DNA from: Chloroflexota bacterium
GTDB taxonomy: Bacteria > Chloroflexota > Dehalococcoidia > SHYB01
NCBI GenBank assembly: GCA_016875535.1
Contig: VGPF01000002.1
Location: 9,856 to 73,855, forward strand
Reading direction: 5' to 3'
DNA length: 64,000 bases
Shown in pieces: positions 54,743 through 64,000 of the stretch. Under the pieces are notes generated by a model. That model made no database searches, was not told the DNA's origin, and saw only the letters and a list, made by a program, of their open reading frames with translations. Both the position numbers and the translations under genes were made by a program. Every line of letters begins with the position of its first letter. The stretch's first letter is position 1.

Positions 54743-55015
54743 ATGACTCAGATGAAGCCGGTGCCGATAACGACGCTGAAATCGCCTGCGGCTAAGAAGG
54801 GCTCAACGCCTATCTGCCACGTCTGCCGGAAGCCCATCTATGACGATATGGACTCCACCTGCCGGGTCTGCACCAAGCCGGTGCACATCGCCTGGGAGCA
54901 GGGAGCGCCGGAATCGGCCTGCAGCAAGGTGGTGGCGATGGTACAGTGCTGCGGCATCTCCTTCGTCTGCAACCCATGCTCCGAGCGGGACCGCCAGTTC
55001 GGGGAGCAGGGCTAG
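54743..55015 (+). CDS. small Cys-rich zinc-ribbon-like protein (paralog of 53436-53669)
   Basis: 90 aa. Motif CHVCR-x10-CRVCT-x3-HIAW-x9-C-x9-CC-x5-CNPC. A GAGGAG Shine-Dalgarno precedes it, 3 nt after the lipoprotein stop. Confidence 0.5.
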   Translation: MTQMKPVPITTLKSPAAKKGSTPICHVCRKPIYDDMDSTCRVCTKPVHIAWEQGAPESACSKVVAMVQCCGISFVCNPCSERDRQFGEQG

Positions 55016-55890
55016 CCCTTCGCGGCCTTGGCCTTGCGAATCGGCGTCTTCCCTGATTGCCGCTGGCGGTGGAAGAGATATTGCTGGGCGTAGGCGGCAT
55101 CCTTGCCGAAGTAGCTCGCGGCCCACTCCCGCACCACCTTGTCCGTCACCTTTCCCCCCGGCAGGTACCAGCGCTTCACGGCGCGCCGGATGTGGACGTC
55201 CACGGGGAAGGCCTGCCCCTTATCCAGCGAAAAGGCCAGCACGCAATCGGCGACTTTGGGGCCCACGCCGCGAAGCCGCTCCAGGGTGGCCTTGGCCTGG
55301 GCGTAGGGCTTCTTGCGGAGGCCCAGCAGGTTGATGCGCCGCTTGATCACTTGCCGCGTCATCTTCACCAGGTGCACGTCGCGGTAGCCCAGCCCCAGCT
55401 TCGCCAGCTCCGCCTGGGTGGCCTGCGCCAGCTCCTCCACCGTGGGGAAGCGCCGGAACGGGCCTTCCGGCGTCTCGACCAGCGTCCCATAGCCCTCGCA
55501 GATGGCGTTGATGTTCTTGGTGATGCGCGGGATGTTGGAGTTCTGGGAGACGACGAAGGTCACCAGACACTCCCACGGCTCCTGCCGGATCAGCCGCATG
55601 CCGGGATAGAGGCGCGTGGCGCGGACCATCCGCGCATCCTTGCGGATGCGGCGGTAGACGGCGGGGAGGTCATCGTCAAGGCGGAGGTAGCTGCGGAGGA
55701 CCGGCGCGGCAACCGCCTCGGCTAGGGGCGCGGAGGTGAAATCGACGGCCTGGGGGCCGGCCTGGCGGACGCGGAAGAGTATCCCTTGGACGATGCCCTC
55801 GTACGCCTCGCCCTCGCGCCGCCAGCGGAAGGCCTGGCCCGATTCCAACGTGTGCTGGAGATTGAAGGGGCCGTTTGCGGTGAGGCGCAT
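55012..55890 (-). CDS. ogg: 8-oxoguanine DNA glycosylase / N-glycosylase-DNA lyase (Ogg, HhH-GPD)
   Basis: N-terminal LESGQAFRWRREGE (Ogg1-type) and an HhH-GPD region (LRGVGPKVADCVL...D.H). Confidence 0.7.
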   Translation of the reverse strand: MRLTANGPFNLQHTLESGQAFRWRREGEAYEGIVQGILFRVRQAGPQAVDFTSAPLAEAVAAPVLRSYLRLDDDLPAVYRRIRKDARMVRATRLYPGMRLIRQEPWECLVTFVVSQNSNIPRITKNINAICEGYGTLVETPEGPFRRFPTVEELAQATQAELAKLGLGYRDVHLVKMTRQVIKRRINLLGLRKKPYAQAKATLERLRGVGPKVADCVLAFSLDKGQAFPVDVHIRRAVKRWYLPGGKVTDKVVREWAASYFGKDAAYAQQYLFHRQRQSGKTPIRKAKAAKG

Positions 55891-55929
55891 CGCTCTCCCT
55901 TGGGCTGACCACAGGCCAGCCTCCGCAGG

Positions 55930-58800
55930 TTACCCTTGGGTCCGGCCAAGCCAGCCGACGATCTCAGCGGGCAGATTGGCCGAAGGGCCGGACTTTCGCG
56001 TGCAGGGCGGGATGGAGCCGAAGAAGGCCGCGCCGTAGCGCGCATTGAGGATACGCTTGTCCAGCACAACAAGGACCCCCCGATCCGTCTTGCGGCGGAT
56101 GAGCCGCCCAAAGCCCTGCTTGAAGCGCAGGACGGCCTGGGGCACGGCGTACTGGCTGAAGGCATCTTCGAACTGCTCGGAGCGGGCGGCGAAGACCGGG
56201 TCCGTGGGCACGTTGAACGGGAGGCGGGCTATAACGAGAACGCTCAAGGCATCGCCGGCGATGTCCACGCCCTCCCAAAAGCTGCCGGTGGCTAGGAGGA
56301 GGCACTTGGAAGTGGTCTTGAACTGCTCGGTGAGCTGGCGAGGCGAGCCATCGGCCCCCTGGGCGATGACGGTGACGCCATCGGCGGCGAGGGCGGCGGG
56401 CAGGCGCGAGCGGGCGGCGCGGAGCGGCGCCCAGCTGGTGAAGAGCACCATCGTGCGGCCCTTGGCGGCGCGGGCGACCTCCGCGATGACCTTTTCCAGG
56501 GCGGCCTGGTAGCCCGGCTGGGAGGGCTCCGGCACGTCATCGGGCGTGTAGGCCAAGGCGAGCTTGGGATAATCGAAGGGCGAGCCCAGCGTCAACTCGT
56601 CGGCATCGTCCAGGCCCAAGCGGCCCTTCACATAGGCCATCTTGCCGCCCACGGCCAGGGTGGCGCTGGTGAGGACAAGGGTCTCCTTATCGTCAAAGAG
56701 CCGCTCGTTCAGCTCCGCCCCCACGTGGAGCGGCGCGCTGTGGATTGCGACGTTGCCATCCTTGGAGTTGACCACCACCCAGTAGACTTGGCTCGCGCGC
56801 GGCTGGACGACGGCGTTCGCGAGGCTCTCTTTCACCTGGCGCAGGCCGTTCACCACCGTCAGCAGCTCCAGCCGGAACTCATCGCGGTTCGTCAGCTCGC
56901 CAAGGGCCAAGCGTCCCACCATGGAGTCGAGCCGCTCCAGGCCCTTCATCATCTTTTCCAGCAGGATGTTCACATCCTCCCACGCGATCTCGATCTTCGC
57001 CCATTCCGGCCTGCCTCGGGCCGCCTTGGTGAGGCGCACGGCGGCATCGTAGGTGCTCCTTTCCGCCTGGTGGAGGGAGAAGGCGCTGATGAGGCGGAAG
57101 AGTCCCGTGACCTTGCCCTGACACTGAAGGGCGTCCGTCTGCACCTCTTCCAGCAGGAGCTTCAGCTCCTTCCCCTTCTCGCTCGCGCCCAGAAGCCCGC
57201 GCGTGAGGGCCAGAACGGGCGCAAGGAGGCCCGGCCCTTTGTCACGCTGGGGCGCGGAGCTGCCGATGATCTCTTCGACGAGGTCGGCGATGGTGCCTTC
57301 ATCAATCTCCAAGCCCCACTGGTCGGTGACGACCTCTTCCAGATTGTGCGCTTCGTCAATGATGAGGCGGGTGGAATGGGGCAGGAGCCCTTCGTGGACG
57401 GCATCGAGGGCGAGGAGGGCATGGTTGACCACGATGAGGTTGGCCTGCTCGGCGCGACGGCGCGCGGCATCGTAGAAGCAGAGGCCGCGCTTCACGAAGG
57501 GGCAGGGCCCCGTGCCGCCATCAAAGCTCTCGGCGGAGAGGCGGCTCCAGACGGGCTGTTCCTGCGGCGTGAGGTTGATCTCGCCCTTATCGCCATCAGC
57601 CGTCTCCCGGAGCCAGATGAGGAGCTTCACCAGGATGCGCGCCTCCACAGCGGAGAGGTTCGGCGATTGCTTGAGCCCGGCCCAGCGGCGCATGCAGATG
57701 TAGTTGGAACGGCCCTTCAGCAGGGCGACGCGGAAGCTGTCCACATTCGGCTCCCCAGAGACGGTCAAGGCCTCCAAGGTGCCGGGGATGTCCTTGAAGA
57801 GCAGCTGCTCCTGAAGGTTGATGGTGTTGGTGGAGACGACCACCGGTTGGCCGGTCCGCAGGGAGAAGACGGCGGAAGGCAGAAGATAGGCGATGGACTT
57901 TCCCGTGCCGGTGCCCGCCTCCACGATGAGCCTCCCATTTTCGGCAAGGGCCTTGCCCGCGGCCTTCGCCATCGCCACCTGCTGGGGGCGCGCCTCGTAC
58001 TGCGCGATGGTGCGTGCCAGGGGGCCATCGGTGGCAAGGAGGTTTGCCACCGCTTCAGGGTCAAAGGCCATGCCGGACTTGGGCGCGGGGGCCGTCTCCT
58101 CCACGGCGAGCCGGGCCTTCATATCGCCCACCACAAGCCCCTCAAAGCCGGGCTCGCTCGCGTAGACGGGGCGATAGCCCGGGCCAAAGACGTCCCGGAA
58201 GAGGAGGCGGAGAGGCCAATCGCTCCGTTCGGCTATGCGCATGATTTCCGCTTGCACATCAGACGGCAGGCTGCGAAGGAGCTGGATAAGGCGGAGGAAG
58301 ATTCCCATCGTCGTCTCGGCGTCATGGACGGCGCGGTGGGCATGCTGGTGTGTGATGCCGAAGTGCCGCGCGATGCCCGTGAGGGTGTAGCCGCCAAGGC
58401 GCGGCAAGAAGGCGGAAGCCAGGTCCCACGTATCGTAGGTGGGGCTGGCGAAGCGGACGCCCTTCCGTTGGAGAAAGCCCAGATCGAAGGGGATGTTGTG
58501 GCCGATGACGGGGCTCACGCCAACAAAGGCCACAAGCTTCGGCGCCACTTCGCTAAAGGCCGGCGCGGTAGAGAGTTCGGCATCCGTGATGCCCGTGAGG
58601 GATTGGATGAACTGCGTGAGGGGGCGCTTGGGGTTGACCAGCTGGCTCAGGGACTCCACGCGCCTATCGCCGTGGTACTTCACCGCCCCCACTTCGATGA
58701 TCTCATCGGTCTCAACGCTCAGACCCGTGGTCTCCAGGTCAAGGGAGACCCAGGTGATGTCTGGGACGGAAGGGTGGCCTGAGGCGGCGGGTGGCGTCAC
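55930..58800 (-). CDS. dinG: DinG-family ATP-dependent helicase with N-terminal DnaQ-like 3'-5' exonuclease domain
   Basis: The N-terminal DEDDh exonuclease (VSLDLETTGL, GHNIPFDLGFL, HRAVHDAETT) is fused to a Rad3/DinG helicase (GTGKS Walker A, DEAH box as IIDEAHNL). Confidence 0.85.
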   Translation of the reverse strand: MTPPAASGHPSVPDITWVSLDLETTGLSVETDEIIEVGAVKYHGDRRVESLSQLVNPKRPLTQFIQSLTGITDAELSTAPAFSEVAPKLVAFVGVSPVIGHNIPFDLGFLQRKGVRFASPTYDTWDLASAFLPRLGGYTLTGIARHFGITHQHAHRAVHDAETTMGIFLRLIQLLRSLPSDVQAEIMRIAERSDWPLRLLFRDVFGPGYRPVYASEPGFEGLVVGDMKARLAVEETAPAPKSGMAFDPEAVANLLATDGPLARTIAQYEARPQQVAMAKAAGKALAENGRLIVEAGTGTGKSIAYLLPSAVFSLRTGQPVVVSTNTINLQEQLLFKDIPGTLEALTVSGEPNVDSFRVALLKGRSNYICMRRWAGLKQSPNLSAVEARILVKLLIWLRETADGDKGEINLTPQEQPVWSRLSAESFDGGTGPCPFVKRGLCFYDAARRRAEQANLIVVNHALLALDAVHEGLLPHSTRLIIDEAHNLEEVVTDQWGLEIDEGTIADLVEEIIGSSAPQRDKGPGLLAPVLALTRGLLGASEKGKELKLLLEEVQTDALQCQGKVTGLFRLISAFSLHQAERSTYDAAVRLTKAARGRPEWAKIEIAWEDVNILLEKMMKGLERLDSMVGRLALGELTNRDEFRLELLTVVNGLRQVKESLANAVVQPRASQVYWVVVNSKDGNVAIHSAPLHVGAELNERLFDDKETLVLTSATLAVGGKMAYVKGRLGLDDADELTLGSPFDYPKLALAYTPDDVPEPSQPGYQAALEKVIAEVARAAKGRTMVLFTSWAPLRAARSRLPAALAADGVTVIAQGADGSPRQLTEQFKTTSKCLLLATGSFWEGVDIAGDALSVLVIARLPFNVPTDPVFAARSEQFEDAFSQYAVPQAVLRFKQGFGRLIRRKTDRGVLVVLDKRILNARYGAAFFGSIPPCTRKSGPSANLPAEIVGWLGRTQG

Positions 58801-58818
58801 TGGAGGGCCAACGGCGCT

Positions 58819-59532
58819 CTAGTTGGCCGAGGGGCCAAAGGGCTTGGTGTGGCCGTTCAAGAGGCCGTCGGTGGCGTGAAAGCGTCCGGCCTTCAGCTCG
58901 TGGATGAACTCTTCCTGGGAGCGGATATCCCGTTCGAAGACGGTAGCGCCGCTAGCGAAGCCGTGGGTGGAGTGGGCGTCGCTGCCCCCCAGGGTCGGCT
59001 TGCCCAGCTTATTCGCTGTCTGTAGGGCAAAATCGTTCTCCTTCAGCGTGCAGGCCCCGTTCACGATCTCCACGGCGTCCGTTAGGCTGAAGACGCGGTG
59101 CTGGACGGCATCCTCAAGTGGAACGGGGTACTTGAAGAGGAGCGACTTGTTCAACGGCGGCTTCTCAAAGAAGCGGCGGAATGGGTGGACAGCCACCATA
59201 AAGCCGCCGATCTCCTGGACCACCTTCCGCAGGTGCTCGATGCGATGGATGCCGCTGATATAGCTATCCAGCCCATAGACGATGATGTGGCCCATATCCG
59301 TGTCCACTTCAAGGGCGCGGATAAGCAACAGGTCCGGGTGCTGGGCGGCGAAGCGTTGGAAGTCCCACTTATCCCAACCGCCGCCGTGCTCCGTGAGGCA
59401 GACCCCGCCAAGGCCAAGGCGACGCGCCTCTGTCACCAGCTCTTCTGGAGAGAGATTACTATCGGGACCGCCTTTAACGGTGTGGACGTGGGTGTCAAAG
59501 ATCACGGCGCAGGGGGGCCTTCCTACGAGCAA
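58819..59532 (-). CDS. PHP-domain metal-dependent phosphoesterase
   Basis: FDTHVHT motif (H-x-H), plus downstream His/Asp ligands (GGSDAHS). Confidence 0.65.
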   Translation of the reverse strand: MLVGRPPCAVIFDTHVHTVKGGPDSNLSPEELVTEARRLGLGGVCLTEHGGGWDKWDFQRFAAQHPDLLLIRALEVDTDMGHIIVYGLDSYISGIHRIEHLRKVVQEIGGFMVAVHPFRRFFEKPPLNKSLLFKYPVPLEDAVQHRVFSLTDAVEIVNGACTLKENDFALQTANKLGKPTLGGSDAHSTHGFASGATVFERDIRSQEEFIHELKAGRFHATDGLLNGHTKPFGPSAN

Positions 59533-59701
59533 ATCTGGAAAATTGTACCGTTTTCATACACTTTCCGTCAAACAAAACGGCACAGCCCAAATCTGTTGAA
59601 AAGAGTTATGTATAATCATTGCGCGTTGCCGCAGCGGCATCAATCCGGCGGTACAATGCCTGCGTAGTATCAATATGGGACTCCGGGAAAGGGAGGCGGC
59701 A

Positions 59702-60277
59702 ATGAAGCCGGCCCCGCGAGACTACACCCAGCTGAGCGACAACGAACTCCTCGGCTTCATATTGCGGAAGGATCGAGAGGCTCTTTCGGCTCTCTATGAC
59801 CGCTTCGTGCGGCAGGTCTTCTCCCTCTCCCTGCGCATGGTGGAGAACCAGAGCCTGGCGGAAGAGATCGTGCAAGACGTTTTCATGACCGTGTGGTCGC
59901 GAGGAGGGTCGTACAAAAACGACCGGGGGGCCTTCTCTTCGTGGCTGATGAGTATCGCGCACAACCGCTGCATAGACGAGCTGCGAAGGCGGCGTCGCCG
60001 GGCCAAGCTACCCACCGTGCCCATAGAGGACCTGACGCACGAGCCGAAAGGAAACGAAGAAGAGGTCACAGACGAGGTCTTTGCCAAGCTGGACCGGGAG
60101 GCCATCGTCCAGGCCATGAGCAAGCTCCCCCCGGCGCAGCGCCAGGTCATCACCATGGCTTATTTCCAGGCCTTGACCCAATCCGAAATCTCGAACGTGC
60201 TGGCGACGCCCCTCGGAACCATCAAGACGCGCATGCGACTTGGACTGCAGAAGATGCGGGACCTGTTGGCGGTATAG
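59702..60277 (+). CDS. ECF (sigma-70 family) RNA polymerase sigma factor
   Basis: Region 2 (VQDVFMTVW, AWLMSIAHNRCID) and region 4 (QRQVITMAYFQALTQSEISNVLATPLGTIKTR). Confidence 0.85.
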   Translation: MKPAPRDYTQLSDNELLGFILRKDREALSALYDRFVRQVFSLSLRMVENQSLAEEIVQDVFMTVWSRGGSYKNDRGAFSSWLMSIAHNRCIDELRRRRRRAKLPTVPIEDLTHEPKGNEEEVTDEVFAKLDREAIVQAMSKLPPAQRQVITMAYFQALTQSEISNVLATPLGTIKTRMRLGLQKMRDLLAV

Positions 60278-60285
60278 AAATACAT

Positions 60286-61183
60286 ATGGCTATCACGTGC
60301 GACGAGGCTGTTGAGATCTCCGCCTCCTACGCCCTTGGGGCGCTGGATGAGGCGGAGAAGGCGACAATTGAAGAGCACCTGGAGGGGGTGCCTTGCTTGC
60401 CGTTTATCCCTGGAGCAGGACCGGGCTATCGTGAGCCGCCTGCCTGAGGCCGTGAAGCTTACCGAGCCGCCGCCCGCGCTCAAAGGACGGCTGATGGCGC
60501 GCGTGGACGAGTTCGAGGCCGAAGAGGCCGAGCCCGTGGTCGCGCAGGCCGAGGGCAGCGGCGGCGGCAACAAAGGCTCAGGTTGGTTCGGCCTCTTTGG
60601 CAACCGCCCCTTCGTCTTCGGGACGGCCATCGTCGCCGCCATCGTCTTCCTCATCGCCTGGAGCATCACCCAGACGGTCCGCCTGAACGACCTCTCCAGC
60701 GAGAATTTGGAGATGACCGCCCGAGTGGAGGACCTGGAAGCCCAGAATGCGACCGTTTCCACGAGCGTCAGCGGCGTCAAGGAAGAGAATGCCCAGCTCG
60801 CCAGTATCGTGCGGCGGCAGTGGGACGCCCTCGCCTTCGCCACCGCGCCGGAGATCAGGGCCGTCCGCTTTGACGGCACGGACGGTTCGCCCACCATCAA
60901 GGCCAGCCTCTTCCTGGACGATTCCACCCTCCGCGCCATGATGATGGTGACCGGCCTCAAGCCCCCGCAGGACGGCTACACCTACCAGCTCTGGCTGGTC
61001 ACCTCCGAGCGCAAGGTTGTGAGCTTGGGTACCTTCCGCACCATCGCGGACGGCTATGCCGCCTGGCCCTTCCAGATGCCCTACACGGCCGCCCCCTACT
61101 ACACCTACATCGTCTCGCTGGAGCCGCGCGGCGGCAGCGATTGGCCGACGACTCCCGCCGTCCTCCGCTCCAAGACCACGTAA
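60286..61183 (+). pseudogene. RskA-type anti-sigma factor, interrupted by a +1 frameshift at a G5 homopolymer (60384-60388)
   Basis: Frame A (ATG 60286) gives MAITCDEAVEISASYALGALDEAEKATIEEHLEG, then runs into a stop at 60447. Frame B (ORF 60311-61183) continues CLACRLSLEQ..., then a TM helix and a periplasmic domain. Deleting one G from GGGGG fuses the frames and restores the canonical H-x3-C-x2-C zinc motif (HLEGCLAC). Confidence 0.6.
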
Positions 61184-61284
61184 CCGCCCCGCGAACCTGG
61201 ATTTTGGGTGTGTCGCACCTTTCAGCCCACGCGCCCCTTTGATATACTTTCGCCTGCCCATCGAACGTTGACCGTGGTGAACGC

Positions 61285-62592
61285 ATGCCTGCAATAGTCG
61301 TCGTCGGCGCCCACTGGGGCGATGAAGGAAAAGGCAAGATCGTAGACATGGTGGCCCGGCAGGCCTCCATGGTCGTCCGTTACGCCGGGGGCGATAACGC
61401 CGGGCATACCGTCATCAACGACCACGGCAAGTTCGGCCTGCACCTTGTGCCTTCCGGCATCTTCACCAAGGGCGTCACCTGCGTCATCGCCAACGGCGTG
61501 GCCGTGAACTTGGAATCGCTGAGCAAAGAGGTGGAGAGCCTGGAGAAGAGCGGCATTGCCATGAGCCGCCTCCGCATCAGCGATAAGGCCCACGTGGTGC
61601 TCCCCTACCACATCCAGCTGGACGGCTTGGAAGAGAAGGCCCGCGGCGATGAGGCCATCGGCACCACCAAGCGCGGCATCGGCCCCATGTACCAGGACAA
61701 GGTGGGGCGCATCGGCATCCGCGTCGGCGACCTCCTGGACGCCGACCAGCTCGCCTCCCGGCTGGGTCAGGCGGTGGAGGCCAAGAACACGCAGCTCCGG
61801 CACTTCGGCGAAAAGCCCGTCTCCTACGAGGCCCTCTACTCCTGGTGCCGCACGTTAGGCCGGCGGCTGGAGAAGTACATCTGCCCCACGGAAGACCTGA
61901 TCAACGATGCCCTGGACAAGGGCAAGACCGTCATCTTTGAAGGCGCTCAGGGCGCCTTGCTGGATGTGGAGTTCGGCACCTACCCCTTCGTCACCTCATC
62001 GTCCACCATCGCCGCCGGCGTCTACCCCGGCGCGGGCCTGCGCCCGCGCGCCATCGAATGCGTCCTCGGCATCTTCAAGGCCTATACCACGCGCGTGGGC
62101 ACCGGGCCATTCCCCACAGAGCTGCTGGACGCCACGGGCAACCGCATCCGCGAGCGCGCCCACGAGTTCGGCACGACGACGGGCCGCCCGCGCCGCTGCG
62201 GCTGGTTCGATGCCGTGGCCGGGAAGTACAGCGCACGCGTCAACGGCATGACCGCCGGGGCCATCACCCGCCTGGACGTCCTGGACGATTTCACCTCCGT
62301 GAAGGTCTGCGTGGGCTACACGATGGAGGGCAAGAAGGTCCCGCACTTCCCGGCGAACCAGCACCACCTGCGCCTCTGCAAACCCGTCTATGAAGAGCTG
62401 CCCGGCTGGATGGAGCCGACCTCCCACCTGCGGGAGTTCAAGAAGCTGCCCAAGAACGCCAAGGCCTACGTGAAGCGCCTGGAAGCGCTCGTGGGCGTGC
62501 CCATGAAGCTCATCTCCATCGGCCCGCGCCGCGAGGAAACTATCGAAGTCGCGCCGCTGGTGACGGTGAAGGGAAAGCAGAAGCTCCGCTAG
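61285..62592 (+). CDS. purA: adenylosuccinate synthetase
   Basis: VVVGAHWGDEGKGKIVD P-loop, GTTKRGIGP and a canonical PurA sequence throughout. Confidence 0.95.
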   Translation: MPAIVVVGAHWGDEGKGKIVDMVARQASMVVRYAGGDNAGHTVINDHGKFGLHLVPSGIFTKGVTCVIANGVAVNLESLSKEVESLEKSGIAMSRLRISDKAHVVLPYHIQLDGLEEKARGDEAIGTTKRGIGPMYQDKVGRIGIRVGDLLDADQLASRLGQAVEAKNTQLRHFGEKPVSYEALYSWCRTLGRRLEKYICPTEDLINDALDKGKTVIFEGAQGALLDVEFGTYPFVTSSSTIAAGVYPGAGLRPRAIECVLGIFKAYTTRVGTGPFPTELLDATGNRIRERAHEFGTTTGRPRRCGWFDAVAGKYSARVNGMTAGAITRLDVLDDFTSVKVCVGYTMEGKKVPHFPANQHHLRLCKPVYEELPGWMEPTSHLREFKKLPKNAKAYVKRLEALVGVPMKLISIGPRREETIEVAPLVTVKGKQKLR

Positions 62593-63497
62593 GCCTTCTT
62601 CTTCACCGGCAGGTCTATCGTCACCTTCGCCAGGGCCGCGCGCACCGTTGCCGCGCTCTTCTCGTCTATCGCAACGAGCGGCAGCCGCAGCCCGCCAACG
62701 CTGAAGCCCAGGTAGTTCAGCGCGTACTTGATGGGGATGGGATTCGGGACCACGTAGAGGTCCTTGAAGATCGGCGATAGGCGGTCGTGGATCGCCTGGG
62801 CGCCGGCATTATCGCCCTTCGCATCCCGCTCGATCATCTCCTTCATCTGCCTGCCCGCCAGGTGCGAGGCGACGGCAATGACGCCGTAGCCGCCCGCCGC
62901 GACGATGGCGTGGGTGTTTCCGTCGTCGCCGCTCCAGACGCGGAAGTCCTTGCGGGTGACGCCCTTGATGATCGCCTCGGCCTGCTTGACATCGGGAGCG
63001 GCCTCTTTGACGCCGATGATATTGGGGATGGCGCTCAGGCGTATCGTTGTCTCCGGCGCCATGTTGGTGACGGTGCGAGTGGGCACGTTATAGAGGATGC
63101 AGGGGAGCTTGGTGCTCTCCGCTATGGCCTTGAAGTGGGCGTAGAGACCGTCCTGCGTCGTCCTGTTGTAGTAGGGGACGACGAGCAAGACCGCATCGGC
63201 CGCGCCCTGCTTCTCCACCTTGCGCGTGAACTCGATGCTCTCTTGAGTATTGTTGGAGCCCGTGCCCGCGATGAGCGCGGCCTTCTTGCCGATGGCCTGG
63301 CGCACGGCGGCAAAGAGCTTCAGCTTCTCGTCCTTGGAGAGCGTGGGCGATTCGCCCGTGGTGCCGGAGACCACCAGGCCGTCGCTCCCGGCGGCGATGA
63401 GGGCCTTCGCCAGCCGCTTCGCTTGGGCGTAGTCCACCTGCCCCTTCCTATCGAAGGGCGTCACCATCGCGGTGATCAGGCGGCCTATCTCGCGCAT
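62589..63497 (-). CDS. dapA: 4-hydroxy-tetrahydrodipicolinate synthase
   Basis: TAMVTPF, GTTGESPTLS, a YNVP-like region and the catalytic Lys region match the DapA/NAL family. Confidence 0.9.
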   Translation of the reverse strand: MREIGRLITAMVTPFDRKGQVDYAQAKRLAKALIAAGSDGLVVSGTTGESPTLSKDEKLKLFAAVRQAIGKKAALIAGTGSNNTQESIEFTRKVEKQGAADAVLLVVPYYNRTTQDGLYAHFKAIAESTKLPCILYNVPTRTVTNMAPETTIRLSAIPNIIGVKEAAPDVKQAEAIIKGVTRKDFRVWSGDDGNTHAIVAAGGYGVIAVASHLAGRQMKEMIERDAKGDNAGAQAIHDRLSPIFKDLYVVPNPIPIKYALNYLGFSVGGLRLPLVAIDEKSAATVRAALAKVTIDLPVKKKA

Positions 63498-63512
63498 GGA
63501 GGCTCCGAACCC

Positions 63513-64000
63513 CTATCGCTTGCCGAGGAGATTGCGGCGCACCAGCTCTTCGGCGATCTGCACAGCGTTCAGCGCCGCGCCTTTGCGAAGGTTATCAGTT
63601 GCCAGCCAAAGCGCAAGCCCCGTGGGGTTGGAGCTGTCCTTGCGGATGCGCCCCACGTACACATCGTCCGTCTCCGCCGCCTGGATGGGCAGAGGGTAGA
63701 GGCCCTTTACCGGGTCGTCCGCCAGCTTCACGCCGGGCATCTCCGAAAGGAGGACCCGCGCCTGCTTCGGCTCCACGGGGCGCTCGAAGTCAATGTGGAC
63801 GGCCATGCTGTGTGCCTGGTAGACGGGCACGCGGACGCAGGTGGCGGAGAAGGGCAGTCCGGGCAGGCCCAGGATCTTCCGCGTCTCTTCCTGCATCTTC
63901 CACTCTTCCTTGGTGTAGCCGTCGTCCCGGAAGGTGTCCACCTGGGGGATGAGGTTGAAGGCGATCTGGTGCGGGTAGACCGACGTTTCGATCTTCCCGC
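63513..64000 (-). CDS. asd: aspartate-semialdehyde dehydrogenase (C-terminal part; gene continues beyond window end)
   Basis: The Asd C-terminal catalytic domain (VPVYQAHSMAVHIDFERP, LWLATDNLRKGAALNAVQIAE) is open to the window edge. Confidence 0.85.
   Translation of the reverse strand, partial: GKIETSVYPHQIAFNLIPQVDTFRDDGYTKEEWKMQEETRKILGLPGLPFSATCVRVPVYQAHSMAVHIDFERPVEPKQARVLLSEMPGVKLADDPVKGLYPLPIQAAETDDVYVGRIRKDSSNPTGLALWLATDNLRKGAALNAVQIAEELVRRNLLGKR

Noticed and set aside
56725-58782. 685-aa plus-strand ORF, antisense to dinG
   Set aside because: It is an Arg/Gly/Ala-rich shadow ORF. dinG on the other strand has Walker A and DEAH motifs.
59533-59700. ECF-type autoregulatory promoter (GGAAAAT ... 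CGTC) and an ACCGTTTT/AAAACGG inverted repeat upstream of the sigma gene
   Set aside because: The spacer length (about 20 nt) and element matches are too weak to call without a transcription-start map.

Overview
This is a high-GC (about 65-70%) bacterial chromosomal window, densely coding on both strands with mostly housekeeping content. Two membrane proteins (a 'YYY'-motif protein and a GT39-like partner), an F420/LLM-type oxidoreductase, a DinB/MDMPI-like protein and RemA suggest a Chloroflexota-like (possibly Actinobacteria-like) genome; this is inference.

Genes I can support, in order:
- Two paralogous acyl-CoA dehydrogenases, a nifS/iscU-like Fe-S pair, plsX, and trxA followed by a tRNA-Sec (selC) and a strong intrinsic terminator.
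- A tightly overlapped bcp-ligT-wrbA redox operon, an MFS transporter, and an ornithine-decarboxylase-family gene with speE (polyamine synthesis).
- An M50/CBS protease, malic enzyme, RNase D, remA-gmk, mutY-like and mutL in tandem, an S1C protease, and a MoxR-DUF58-VWA operon.
- A thiolase-like/DUF35 pair, mutS, a GltD-like oxidoreductase, and a nuoE-nuoF-nuoG-like soluble NADH dehydrogenase module whose G subunit lacks a formate-dehydrogenase active-site Cys/Sec.
- A 7TM-PAS hybrid histidine kinase, then a four-gene membrane cluster downstream of ftsY (FAD oxidoreductase, UPF0104 flippase-like protein, GT39/TIGR03663-like protein, TIGR03662 'YYY' protein).
- An LLM oxidoreductase, a PIN toxin-antitoxin pair, an SDR, rnc divergent from cca, a DNA-repair cluster (ogg, exonuclease-DinG helicase fusion, PHP), an ECF sigma/anti-sigma pair, purA, dapA and a partial asd.

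Most notable observations:
1. selC sits in a thiol-redox neighbourhood, but no UGA-containing selenoprotein gene is recognisable in the window.
2. An operon cca - Cys-rich protein - lipoprotein - paralogous Cys-rich protein, with two small 8-Cys zinc-ribbon-like paralogs sharing a C-N-P-C motif.
3. The RskA-like anti-sigma gene is split by a +1 frameshift at a G5 homopolymer (pseudogene, phase variation or sequencing error).
4. Two low-GC islets: an intact 175-aa ORF at about 45% GC (36850-37445), and the TA module.
5. Several helically phased or palindromic repeat arrays in divergent promoter regions.

No CRISPR array, rRNA or clear mobile element was seen.
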